Source: Candidatus Taylorbacteria bacterium RIFCSPHIGHO2_12_FULL_45_16
GTDB lineage: Bacteria; Patescibacteriota; Minisyncoccia; Phycocordibacterales; PALSA-1337
Direction of reading: 5' to 3'
Length of the DNA stretch: 64,000 bases
Assembly: GCA_001821055.1 (NCBI GenBank)
Contig: MHRT01000006.1
Coordinates: forward strand, 8,572-72,571
This document shows positions 9,472-18,380 of this stretch, piece after piece. The notes under the pieces were generated by a model. The model did not search any database, was not told where the DNA came from, and saw only the letters and a program-made list of their open reading frames with translations. Position numbers and translations under genes: made by a program. Each line of letters opens with the position of its first letter. Position 1 is the first letter of the stretch.

Positions 9472-10572
9472 ATGGATAGAAAGAAAAAACCAGATAATCA
9501 AATAGCTTTTTACCAGGCACCAGATGGTGCTGTAAACATTGAAGTTCTCTATGCTGAAGAGAATATTTGGCTTACCCAGAAAAGAATGGCAGAACTTTTT
9601 GATTGCTCACCAGACAATATCTCGCTTCATCTGAAAAACATTTATTCTGAAGATGAACTCGAGCAAGACGCAACTACCGAGGAATTCTCGGTAGTTCAAA
9701 AGGAGGGTAATCGCGAGGTAAACAGAAAAAACTTATTCTATAGTCTTGAAGCAATAATTGCCGTGGGTTATCGAGTCAATTCAGAAAGAGGCACTCAATT
9801 TCGTCAATGGGCGACCGGTATTCTTAAGAGCTATATCCATAAAGGTTTTGCACTTGATAACGATCGTTTGAAATATGGTTCTCGTTTTAGCGCACGTTAT
9901 TTCGATGAATTGTACGAAGAAATTCGTGACATTCGTACGAGTGAGCGTAGATTGTATCAAAAAGTCACCGATATTTATGCTACATCCATCGATTATTCGC
10001 CAAAAGCCTTTGAAACGAAGGAATTTTTTGCCACTGTTCAAAATAAACTCCATTTTGCCATTACTGGGAAAACTGCAGCTGAAATTGTTTCAGAACGAGT
10101 CAGCAGTAAAAAAGATTATCTGGGGCTTACCTCATGGCGACGATCACCGAGTGGAAAAATCATGCCGAGTGATGTTGTTATTGCAAAAAATTACCTGAAT
10201 ACAAAAGAGTTAGCTGATCTTAATCGGATCGTAAATATGTACCTTGACTATGCAGAAATGCAAGCGGCTCGTGGCAAGGTTATGTATATGAAGGACTGGA
10301 TTCTCAAGCTCAATACTTTCTTGAAATTTAGTGAGCATGACTTGCTTACAAATCCTGGGAAGGTAAGTCACCAAGTAGCTGAAAATCTAGCACTTGGTGA
10401 ATACGAACAATACAGGAAGGTACAAGATAAAAATTACATTTCAGATTTTGATAATGAAGTAAATAAACTACTAGATGTAAAAAATAAACCAAAGAAAAAG
10501 AAGGCGCAGAAAACTCGCCCCCAGTCGAAATGCGGGCGGCGGGCTTCGATTGAAATAGGAACGAGTCCTTGA
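9472..10572 (+). CDS. RhuM family protein (virulence/defence-island associated)
   Basis: N-terminal IAFYQAPDGAVNIEVLYAEENIWLTQKRMAELFDCSPDNISLHLKNIY and RGTQFRQWATGILKSYIHKGFALDNDRLKYG are diagnostic of RhuM family. Confidence 0.75.
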   Translation: MDRKKKPDNQIAFYQAPDGAVNIEVLYAEENIWLTQKRMAELFDCSPDNISLHLKNIYSEDELEQDATTEEFSVVQKEGNREVNRKNLFYSLEAIIAVGYRVNSERGTQFRQWATGILKSYIHKGFALDNDRLKYGSRFSARYFDELYEEIRDIRTSERRLYQKVTDIYATSIDYSPKAFETKEFFATVQNKLHFAITGKTAAEIVSERVSSKKDYLGLTSWRRSPSGKIMPSDVVIAKNYLNTKELADLNRIVNMYLDYAEMQAARGKVMYMKDWILKLNTFLKFSEHDLLTNPGKVSHQVAENLALGEYEQYRKVQDKNYISDFDNEVNKLLDVKNKPKKKKAQKTRPQSKCGRRASIEIGTSP

Positions 10573-10653
10573 CTTTTTGAATTAAATCAAATAGTGTTAT
10601 CTCTAACTGGCAAGAAAGAACTAAACAAAAAAGAATCGTCTCAAGATTCAACA

Positions 10654-10680
10654 AAATCCGCTTTGGAGCGGATTTTTGTT
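10654..10680. terminator. Bidirectional rho-independent terminator between RhuM and livM
   Basis: aaatccgc-tttgga-gcggattt hairpin followed by T-run; A-run on other side. Confidence 0.6.
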
Positions 10681-10697
10681 TTATGAGTAAGAAACTC

Positions 10698-11564
10698 CTA
10701 CAACCTATACTCCCCCACCAAACCCTGCGGCCGATAGAGCATCAGAACTATCAAAATAACTCCATAAACAACTTGCCTCATCTGTGCCGCCACATCCGAA
10801 GGAAAACCGACAAAGCGCAGGATCTCCGGCAATAGTATGAGACAAACCGCGCCCAGAACTGCTCCCTTATTATTCGCCAGACCGCCGAGAATGACGATAG
10901 CCAGCAGGAAGATGGATTCATTCAAAGTGAATGTCGATGGATCGATGAAGGTGATATAGCTAGCGAACAATGCGCCGGCCACCGAGGCCATGACCGCGCC
11001 GATGACAAAAATGGCCAGCTTGTACCAGAGCGTGTGATAGCCGAAAACACAGATGGCTTCTTCATCTTCACGGATGGCTTTGAGAACCCGGCCGAACGAC
11101 GAGCGAGTGACATAGACGCAGACGCCGTAAACTAGAAGACCAAGCAAAAAAGCAAGAAGCAAAAAGGAAAGGTTATCGGAAAACGTAAACCCAAATATAG
11201 ACGGTCGTGGAATCCCGGGGATGCCGAGCGGTCCGCGGGTCAAATCCTGCCAATTGAGAAAGACGCTGTAGATGATGACATTGAAACCGAAGGATCCGAG
11301 AGCGTAATAGTCATCCTTGAATTTTGACAGGACAAAACCGATGGCCAAACTCAAGACGGCGGTGATGATCATCCCCAGAATGAGCGCCAGAAAGAAATTC
11401 ATCCCCGTAGTCGTGAGCAATATGGCAGTCACATAAGCACCGATGCCATAGAAAGCGGCCTGGGTGATCGAAAGCAATCCGGCATAACCGACAATGAGGT
11501 TCAATGACAACCCGAGAATGCCGTAGATGCAGATGAGGATGACTAGGTGGATGAGGTATTCCAT
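10698..11564 (-). CDS. livM: Branched-chain amino acid ABC transporter permease (LivM-like)
   Basis: 8-10 TM helices, LivM-type motifs (GYAGLLSITQAAFYGIGAY...), sits with livH/livG/livF. Confidence 0.8.
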   Translation of the reverse strand: MEYLIHLVILICIYGILGLSLNLIVGYAGLLSITQAAFYGIGAYVTAILLTTTGMNFFLALILGMIITAVLSLAIGFVLSKFKDDYYALGSFGFNVIIYSVFLNWQDLTRGPLGIPGIPRPSIFGFTFSDNLSFLLLAFLLGLLVYGVCVYVTRSSFGRVLKAIREDEEAICVFGYHTLWYKLAIFVIGAVMASVAGALFASYITFIDPSTFTLNESIFLLAIVILGGLANNKGAVLGAVCLILLPEILRFVGFPSDVAAQMRQVVYGVILIVLMLYRPQGLVGEYRL

Positions 11565-11600
11565 GGGAGTGAATGAGAGGAATGAAAAGAATAAGAAGAA

Positions 11601-11990
11601 TTAAGAATTAGGAACAAGTGTCTTTGATTTTCTAATTAAACCAATCAGCAACTGGTGGGCTATCACAATCTGTCGAGCGATTTCGTTGAATAGTTTTCTG
11701 TCGGTATATCCAATATCCTTGCAAACAAGCAATTGATTTTCAAGCTCAATCAAGGATCCTTGAGCCTGATAATAAAACTGGACTTTTTCTTTATAACTTT
11801 TTCTGCCAAATCCTTCCGCAATATTTGATGTTACTGATACGGCCGCGCGCTGCATCTGACTGGTCAATCCAAATAATTCAGACTTTGGAAAATTCTTTGT
11901 CATTTTATAAATAGCAACGACAAATTTGTGGGCTTCCTGCCAAGCCTTTATATCCGTAAATCTCGTAATTTTCTGTGTTGTGTTGTTCAT
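11601..11990 (-). CDS. Four-helix-bundle protein (23S rRNA intervening-sequence protein family, TIGR02436)
   Basis: IKAWQEAHKFVVAIYKMTKNFPKSELFGLTSQMQRAAVSVTSNIAEGFGR matches the family signature closely. Confidence 0.75.
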   Translation of the reverse strand: MNNTTQKITRFTDIKAWQEAHKFVVAIYKMTKNFPKSELFGLTSQMQRAAVSVTSNIAEGFGRKSYKEKVQFYYQAQGSLIELENQLLVCKDIGYTDRKLFNEIARQIVIAHQLLIGLIRKSKTLVPNS

Positions 11991-12057
11991 AATTCTTCTG
12001 ATTCACAATTCTTTTCATTCTTTTTTATTCCTCTCATTCTTTTCTTATTCCTCTTAT

Positions 12058-12924
12058 TCACCTCTTCAAAATCCCCTGTGGCCGCCACAGCAAGAAAATG
12101 ATCAGCACCCCGAACGCTATGGCATCCTTCCATTCTCCGGAGATCTTCCAGATACCGAAGTTCTCGACGAAACCGAGGAAGAATGCCCCGAGGACGCCTC
12201 CGTAGATGTTCCCGATGCCGCCGATGATGGAAGCGATCACGCCTTTCAATAGGAGCGACATGCCCATGGTCGGCTCGATGCCGGTGTCGAAGCCGATCAG
12301 GATGCCGGCCAGACCGGCGATGGCTGAGCCGATGAAGAAGATCCAACCGATAATCTTCGGCGTATTGATCCCAACAATCTTGGAGACTTCTTCGTCATCG
12401 CCCACGGCTTTGACGGCTTTGCCGAAGATGGTGAACTTGAGGATGAGAGCCATGCCTGCCATGATGACCAGGCCGCAGATGAGGATGATGAGCTGAACTT
12501 CGGTGATGACTCCGCCGAGGATATCATAGACCTTTCCCGCTCCGGCGCTCTGGGTCAGGGTCTGGAATTGGCTGGTGAAGAGGATGGCTATGAGCGCCTG
12601 AACCGCCGTGAATGCGCCCAAGGATCCGACCAGGAGCACCATGCCCGAAGATTTGCGGGCGCGCAATGGCGAGTAGACGAATTTGTAGAGCAAAAAGCCG
12701 ATAATGCCGGCGATGAGGATGCCGAGCAGAATGGAAATGTAGAGGTTGAGGCTGAGAGTCTTGTAGAAATAAAAGACGGCATATCCTCCGACGGCCGTCA
12801 GCGCCCCGTAGCCCAGGTCGAAGAATTTGACCGTGCCGTAAATGAGGTTGAACCCCAGCGCGACCATGGTATAGATCGCTCCGGCGATGATGCTGTTGAC
12901 TATCAGTTGAGGGATGATGTCCAT
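12058..12924 (-). CDS. livH: Branched-chain amino acid ABC transporter permease (LivH-like)
   Basis: Probable start MDIIPQLIVNSIIAG; LivH-type TM topology and motifs (GINTPKIIGWIFFIGSAIAGLAG). Confidence 0.8.
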   Translation of the reverse strand: MDIIPQLIVNSIIAGAIYTMVALGFNLIYGTVKFFDLGYGALTAVGGYAVFYFYKTLSLNLYISILLGILIAGIIGFLLYKFVYSPLRARKSSGMVLLVGSLGAFTAVQALIAILFTSQFQTLTQSAGAGKVYDILGGVITEVQLIILICGLVIMAGMALILKFTIFGKAVKAVGDDEEVSKIVGINTPKIIGWIFFIGSAIAGLAGILIGFDTGIEPTMGMSLLLKGVIASIIGGIGNIYGGVLGAFFLGFVENFGIWKISGEWKDAIAFGVLIIFLLWRPQGILKR

Positions 12925-13050
12925 GGCTGTGGCTCTATACGCCGGATCCGCACTCAATGTTGCGCTATAAATATATACCAAAACCCGCTCTGTGGCGAGC
13001 GGGCTAGTGGAGTTGCGATTGACAAGATAGCTCTACAGCCTTAATAGATT

Positions 13051-14184
13051 CTATTGCACTACTTCAATTTTACCATTCTTGACTATTTTTACTGTATAGT
13101 CGGCTGTCTTAGGATCACCATTGCTGTCAAAACTAATTTCTTTTGAAGAGACACCTCCAGCATAAACAGTCTTATAGAGTTCATCCTTGATCGCCGTTGG
13201 TTCTACGCCAGCATTTTTTAATACTTGAGCTAAAATATGAACTCCATCGTAAGCGGTCGGGGTACATACTGCTATTTCATCCGTACCAACCTTAGTCTTC
13301 ATTGCTGTCTTGAAAATTTCACTTGGGCTTGAAGAAGGAACAGTAAAATATATACCTTCAGCTGCACTACCGGCATCAGTGATGATTTGCTGATCATCCC
13401 ATGCGTCTCCTCCAAACATCGAAACTTTGTATTTCAAGTCTGCAAGCTGCTTTAGAGCAGGAACAGTTTGTCCAGCATATCCTAGGAAATAGATGACATC
13501 TGGATTGGCCACCTTAATCTTAGAAAGCTGCGACCTAAAATCTTTATTCGTCTCCTGAAATCCTTCAGACGCCACAACAGTCCCGCCCAGTTCAACAAAT
13601 TTCTTTGAGAAAGTTTCGTTCAGGCCAATACCCCAATCTGTTTGAATATATAGAATAGCAACTTTTGATTTGTTGAGTTTGTTCTTAATATAATCAGCAG
13701 CGAACACCCCCTGGAAATTATCAGATGGATAATTTCTAAAGATATAGTCCCCCGCATTGGTGATTGCCGCAGCCGAAGAACAGTACGACAATACGACGGT
13801 CTTACTCTGTTCAGCCAAGCCGGTAAAAGCTGAAGTCTCCCCAGAACATGCTCCACCGAACACAACTGGAACTTTGTCTACATTTATGAGTTTTTGCGCA
13901 GCCGCTGCCGCATCTTTACTCGTACACTTTCCATCTTCATAAATAATCTCGAGCGGTCTACCATTTATTCCCCCGTCTGCATTAACTTCACTGAGAGCAA
14001 TCTCTATTGCTGCCTTGGCATTCTGACCAACATTGGCCGCATTACCCGTGAGCGGCCCGATGAACCCAATCTTGATCGGCTCACTCGACGTCGGTGCACC
14101 TCCCTTCTTCGTGGCCGCTGAAATTCCCCAGATGATGAGAATGATGACGATCAAACCGACTATAATTTTTGCTGTTTTGGACAT
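13051..14184 (-). CDS. ABC transporter substrate-binding protein, LivK-like, TM-anchored (first gene of the locus)
   Basis: MSKTAKIIVGLIVIILIIWGI anchor; KIGFIGPLTGNAANVG PBP type I signature. Confidence 0.8.
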   Translation of the reverse strand: MSKTAKIIVGLIVIILIIWGISAATKKGGAPTSSEPIKIGFIGPLTGNAANVGQNAKAAIEIALSEVNADGGINGRPLEIIYEDGKCTSKDAAAAAQKLINVDKVPVVFGGACSGETSAFTGLAEQSKTVVLSYCSSAAAITNAGDYIFRNYPSDNFQGVFAADYIKNKLNKSKVAILYIQTDWGIGLNETFSKKFVELGGTVVASEGFQETNKDFRSQLSKIKVANPDVIYFLGYAGQTVPALKQLADLKYKVSMFGGDAWDDQQIITDAGSAAEGIYFTVPSSSPSEIFKTAMKTKVGTDEIAVCTPTAYDGVHILAQVLKNAGVEPTAIKDELYKTVYAGGVSSKEISFDSNGDPKTADYTVKIVKNGKIEVVQ

Positions 14185-14317
14185 GATGATAAATAGTTAT
14201 GTGAATAAAATTTAATAAAATGAGCGCTTTGCCCCTAGGCGAGACATTACTACGCATAGAATAACATACCGGATATGGTATGCAAACTCTGTCTTATTTT
14301 CACTTTCTGCGAAATTG

Positions 14318-14388
14318 CTGCGGGAGTTGGAGTCGGACCAACATTAGAAGCTTCAAAGGCTCCTGTCCTACCGTTAGACGATCCCGCA
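14318..14388 (-). tRNA. tRNA-Gln (anticodon TTG), non-canonical T-loop
   Basis: Cloverleaf by eye: acceptor UGCGGGA/UCCCGCA with U1-A72 typical of tRNA-Gln, D-loop with GG, anticodon loop CUUUGAA, T-stem GUUGG/CCAAC but T-loop UCCGACU instead of UUCGAAU. Confidence 0.5.
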
Positions 14389-14440
14389 ATGATGCTATGT
14401 AGAGTAGCTTAAAAATAAGCTTATTTCAATCTTGGTCCAT

Positions 14441-14698
14441 TTAGCTATACAATTCCGAGTGGGTGCCAATGTTTACAAATATGGTTATAGAAAGCTGTTC
14501 ACGAAATATTGCTCGATAATTACCAGTAACATTTATGCTCCTACATCCCGGGTATTTCCTTTTCACCGAATGATTATTTAATAAAACGTTGTATGGATCT
14601 GTCACAAAGAGAATCGCACGCACCCGAAATTGCTCCTGTATTTTAATTGGGAGTTTGTTGAATTTTTTCTTGAAAGTGTCATGGTATATTATTCGCAC
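14441..14698 (-). CDS. Type II toxin, RelE/ParE superfamily (YafQ-like mRNA interferase)
   Basis: 85 aa; C-terminal GNYRAIFREQLSITIFVNIGTHSELY parallels YafQ/RelE catalytic region (…RTGTHAALF). Confidence 0.65.
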   Translation of the reverse strand: MRIIYHDTFKKKFNKLPIKIQEQFRVRAILFVTDPYNVLLNNHSVKRKYPGCRSINVTGNYRAIFREQLSITIFVNIGTHSELYS

Positions 14699-14716
14699 GA
14701 CACAATCATATCATGC

Positions 14717-14992
14717 TTATTTTCTCAAATGCGCGATCATTTCATCTACTGTGGAAAAAGTTGGGGACAAGTTCTTGCCGGCCGCAATATCTTTCAAAGC
14801 TTCATCGACTTCCCAACGAGTTTTTAAATTAAAATCAGGAACGAGTTCTATCTTAAATTTATTCTCCACAAATGCCTTGATAGCAAACTTCAAGACAGAC
14901 GAAAAAGGCATACCCTGAGCTTTAGCCTTCTTCATGGCCAAACTCTTGAGCTTACTATCTACATTGAAGATTACTTGGCTGGTAGTACTCAT
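14717..14992 (-). CDS. Type II antitoxin, RelB/DinJ family
   Basis: 91 aa immediately upstream of toxin; VIFNVDSKLKSLAMKKAKAQGMPFSSVLKFAIKAFVENKFKIEL resembles DinJ RHH antitoxin. Confidence 0.6.
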   Translation of the reverse strand: MSTTSQVIFNVDSKLKSLAMKKAKAQGMPFSSVLKFAIKAFVENKFKIELVPDFNLKTRWEVDEALKDIAAGKNLSPTFSTVDEMIAHLRK

Positions 14993-15068
14993 GGTATTTC
15001 TTTATATAATTAATACATATATCTTATATAATTAAAATATATATGTCAATATCGAGCTAGATTTGCGT

Positions 15069-16094
15069 TTACTTACAAATCTCGACCACTGCAAGCTCCA
15101 GCGGCAGTGTCTCTATCCGCGCCCTGCCGATGCCATCAGCTGTCGAAAGGAGCACCGAAAGCATTGCTGGGGTGACGGCGGCGGTAGCAGACTTGTCAGC
15201 TTGGACCTCAATGAACGCCCAGTCATCATCAGAAACGCGCTCTTTGACTGATGCCACCGAAGAAGCCGAATGCTGTATAAGTAGAATGAATCGCATCTTC
15301 TCCAAAACAAGGGTCGAAAATGTGCTCATGGAAACGCCTGATTTTTCGGTCTCAGAAATGATATTCAACGCCTGATCCGCATTTTTTGCCATCAAGGCTT
15401 CGATGAATGAGTTGACCAGACCAGCTCGAGGAGCGCCGGTAATGACTTCCACTTCAGCGCGAGTCAGTTTCTTGTCGGCCGAAGACGAGATAACTTTTTC
15501 CAACATTCCCAGAGCATCACGGAATGAACCGTCGCCGAGAAGCGCGATCAGGTCCGAAGCGCCAGCGTCGAGGTCATAACCCTCCTTTTTGGCTATTACA
15601 GCTATGTGCTTGCGGATAACCTCACGGGAAGGTTTGCGGAATGAAAAAGTCTGACAGCGCGAAATGATGGTATCTGGGACTTTATCGATCTCGGTTGTTG
15701 CCAGAATGAAAATCACGTGCTTCGGTGGTTCTTCAAGCGTCTTCAAAAGCGCGTTCCAAGCATCCTTGGAGAGCATGTGGACTTCGTCAATAATGTAGAC
15801 CTTGAAGGGACTAGAAAATGGCATCACTGAGACGTGCTCGCGCAGTTCGCGGATATCATCGATGCCACGGTTGGAAGCGGCATCTATCTCATACACATCC
15901 TCGTCAGCAGTCTTCAAAGCTTTGGCGAGGATTCGGGCGACGCTGGTCTTGCCTGTGCCACGACTTCCGGAAAAGAGATAAGCATGCGACGGCTTGCCGT
16001 TTTCAACGCTATCTTTGAGGGTGTTGACGACAGAGTCCTGACCGATAACCTCGGACCATTTGGCGGGACGATATGTGCGATAGAGGACGGGCAT
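15069..16094 (-). CDS. dnaX: DNA polymerase III subunit gamma/tau (short form)
   Basis: YRPAKWSEVIGQD..., Walker A GSRGTGKTS, sensor and DEVHML box, SRCQ motif. Confidence 0.85.
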   Translation of the reverse strand: MPVLYRTYRPAKWSEVIGQDSVVNTLKDSVENGKPSHAYLFSGSRGTGKTSVARILAKALKTADEDVYEIDAASNRGIDDIRELREHVSVMPFSSPFKVYIIDEVHMLSKDAWNALLKTLEEPPKHVIFILATTEIDKVPDTIISRCQTFSFRKPSREVIRKHIAVIAKKEGYDLDAGASDLIALLGDGSFRDALGMLEKVISSSADKKLTRAEVEVITGAPRAGLVNSFIEALMAKNADQALNIISETEKSGVSMSTFSTLVLEKMRFILLIQHSASSVASVKERVSDDDWAFIEVQADKSATAAVTPAMLSVLLSTADGIGRARIETLPLELAVVEICK

Positions 16095-16208
16095 GAGTTA
16101 AGTATAAAGGAAAGAATCAAAGAATGGAAATATGAAAAATTTATTAAAAACCGGGAATAAAAAACCGCCGTTTCCCCCAAATCCAAGTGGCAAATCAGTT
16201 ATCCCCAA

Positions 16209-17330
16209 CTACTTTTTTAGATATTCTTTGACGATTTTGTCAACTTGGCTGGCATTCTTGGTCTCCATCAGCTTGACCCGGAGCTCCTTGGCGCCATCCC
16301 AGCCGGAAACATAGACTTTGAAGTGCTTCTTCATCACGGCAAAATTTTTCAAGCGTTTTGCACCGCAAAAAGTCTTCTCAAAAAGTTTGGCATGCTCGAC
16401 CATTATTGTTAAGCGCTCTTCGGGAGTCTTCGGATCGGCATCGCGCCAAAGTCTGGCATTTTGGAAAAGCCACGGAGTCCCGAAAATCCCCCGGCCAATC
16501 ATTACCCCATCACAACCTGATTCTCTCACCTTCGCAACCGCATCAACAACCGATTCCACATCACCATTGCCGATAATCAGAGTCCGTTCCGTCGGATTTA
16601 TGTCAGCCTGAACCTCATCTCGCAATTTGATGATTTTCGGCATCAGTTCCCAATGCGCTGGCACATCGGACATTTCTTTGCGAGTCCGGAGATGGACGGT
16701 CAAGGCAGGTAAATTCGGTTGATGAACTTCAAGTAAAGTTTTCAACCATTCCATGTCGACTTTGTTGTAGCCGATGCGGGTTTTTATGCTCACAGGAATA
16801 ATATTTCTGGTGTTGTCAGTTTTTCCTCCCTTGCTTAGCTCGAAAGGCGCTTTCTTTTTTGTTTTTTCTTCCCACCCCTGTCGCGCCGCCCTCAAGACCT
16901 CCAACGCATTTCCCGGATCTTTCATCGCCGTCGCCCCTCCACCCTGCTTTTCAACCGCCCGATCCGGACAACCCATATTGATATCCAAGCCATCGAAGCC
17001 CAACTCTGCGCACAATTTCGCCGCTTTTTTCATCGCCTCCGGATGCCCGGTAAAAAGTTGGGCGACGATCGGCCGCTCTTTCTCCGAAAACTTCAAGTCA
17101 ACCAATAGCCTATTTTTTCCGACCGAATCTAGTCCATCAGCCGAAACAAATTCTGTCCATATCACATCCGGTTTGCCATATTTGGCGATCATCGAGCGAA
17201 ACGCAAAGTCGGTCACATTGGCCATGGGAGCGAGGACGAAAAATGGCTTCGGAATGGAGCGCCAAAAATCATGCTTTGGGACAATTTTTTGAACTTTCAT
17301 AGAACTGCTACTGTACCACGCAAAATTCAA
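16209..17330 (-). CDS. dus: tRNA-dihydrouridine synthase
   Basis: FVLAPMANVTDFAFR, TIM-barrel Dus motifs, conserved Cys (MGCP) region. Confidence 0.85.
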   Translation of the reverse strand: MNFAWYSSSSMKVQKIVPKHDFWRSIPKPFFVLAPMANVTDFAFRSMIAKYGKPDVIWTEFVSADGLDSVGKNRLLVDLKFSEKERPIVAQLFTGHPEAMKKAAKLCAELGFDGLDINMGCPDRAVEKQGGGATAMKDPGNALEVLRAARQGWEEKTKKKAPFELSKGGKTDNTRNIIPVSIKTRIGYNKVDMEWLKTLLEVHQPNLPALTVHLRTRKEMSDVPAHWELMPKIIKLRDEVQADINPTERTLIIGNGDVESVVDAVAKVRESGCDGVMIGRGIFGTPWLFQNARLWRDADPKTPEERLTIMVEHAKLFEKTFCGAKRLKNFAVMKKHFKVYVSGWDGAKELRVKLMETKNASQVDKIVKEYLKK

Positions 17331-17386
17331 ATTGGCAAAAATTGCAGTTCATAATTTACAATTCCTTTCATTCTCCTTATTCTTCC

Positions 17387-18355
17387 TTATTCCCTCACCT
17401 TTTCCAAAAGCTTTATCACATCAGCATCGCGGTTGCCGCTACCCAAGACCACAATTGCGTACACATTTTTGCTTTTGCCAAGAGTGAATAGAGACGCCCC
17501 CGTACTGTTCGCCTCCGTCGTATATCCATTTTTCCCTCCTATATAATATGACCAACTCAAGAAATGAGTCGGATTGACCCAAGTGTGCGAACGAATAGTT
17601 TTTGATTTTAGCGCCGTCGTCTCAATAATCATCGGGTCGTTTTTCCGTATCCAATCAAGCATAAGCGTGAGATCATTCACCGTTGAGACATTTTGCGACG
17701 ACAATCCAGAGGCGTCGGCAAAATAAGTGCGGTACGCGCCAATCGATTGCGCCCAATCGTTCATAGCTCGAATGAATTGCGGCCGGCCGTAGGCCAAGGC
17801 AAAGGCTTCGGCGGAATCATTTGAAGATACCATCAAAAGAGGATACAGAAGGTCCGACGCTTTGAATGTTTCTCCAACTCGGAATCCTGCCGTGTTACCA
17901 TAAGTCGCCATGACATTTCGTCCGACAATGATGCGTTCATTTGGATCAATCAGTCTACGCGCGACGACAGCTGTGGCCAGTTTGGTCAATGAAGCAATCG
18001 GCATGAGTTGATCAGGATTGTGTTCGACGGTCACATCGTCAAGAGTCAGATTTTTCAATATATATCCTTTGGCAGTTATCCCTTTTCCGGATGCCGCAGG
18101 GAGTGCTTGCGCCGCAGCGTTGATGAGATTCTCTTCTTCGCTTGCGGTATATCGTATCGTCCTTTTACCGCCGGATATGGAAGTGCCGTCAGTCGGCTTG
18201 ATAGCGGAAGCAACCGTGGCTGACAGTGACACGGGTAAAATAGAAACTAGGCGAGGCTTTATATCGCCCCAAACATAGGCTCCGCTATACGCAATACCTA
18301 TGCCAACGGCTATTGCGGATATACCGCCGAAAACCACCACAAAGAATTGCTTCAT
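17387..18355 (-). CDS. D-alanyl-D-alanine carboxypeptidase (peptidase S11, PBP5-like)
   Basis: SxxK (IASLTKLAT), SxN (VSSNDSA), KxG (GKNGYT) motifs; N-terminal TM. Confidence 0.75.
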   Translation of the reverse strand: MKQFFVVVFGGISAIAVGIGIAYSGAYVWGDIKPRLVSILPVSLSATVASAIKPTDGTSISGGKRTIRYTASEEENLINAAAQALPAASGKGITAKGYILKNLTLDDVTVEHNPDQLMPIASLTKLATAVVARRLIDPNERIIVGRNVMATYGNTAGFRVGETFKASDLLYPLLMVSSNDSAEAFALAYGRPQFIRAMNDWAQSIGAYRTYFADASGLSSQNVSTVNDLTLMLDWIRKNDPMIIETTALKSKTIRSHTWVNPTHFLSWSYYIGGKNGYTTEANSTGASLFTLGKSKNVYAIVVLGSGNRDADVIKLLEKVRE

Positions 18356-18380
18356 GGATACAGTATACTATATGAGTCTC

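Noticed and set aside
11926-13044. Overlapping ORFs inside livH (12206-12496, 12297-12527, 11987-12346, 12568-13044)
   Set aside because: Out-of-frame or antisense to a well-supported permease gene; Arg/His- or Ser-rich junk translations.
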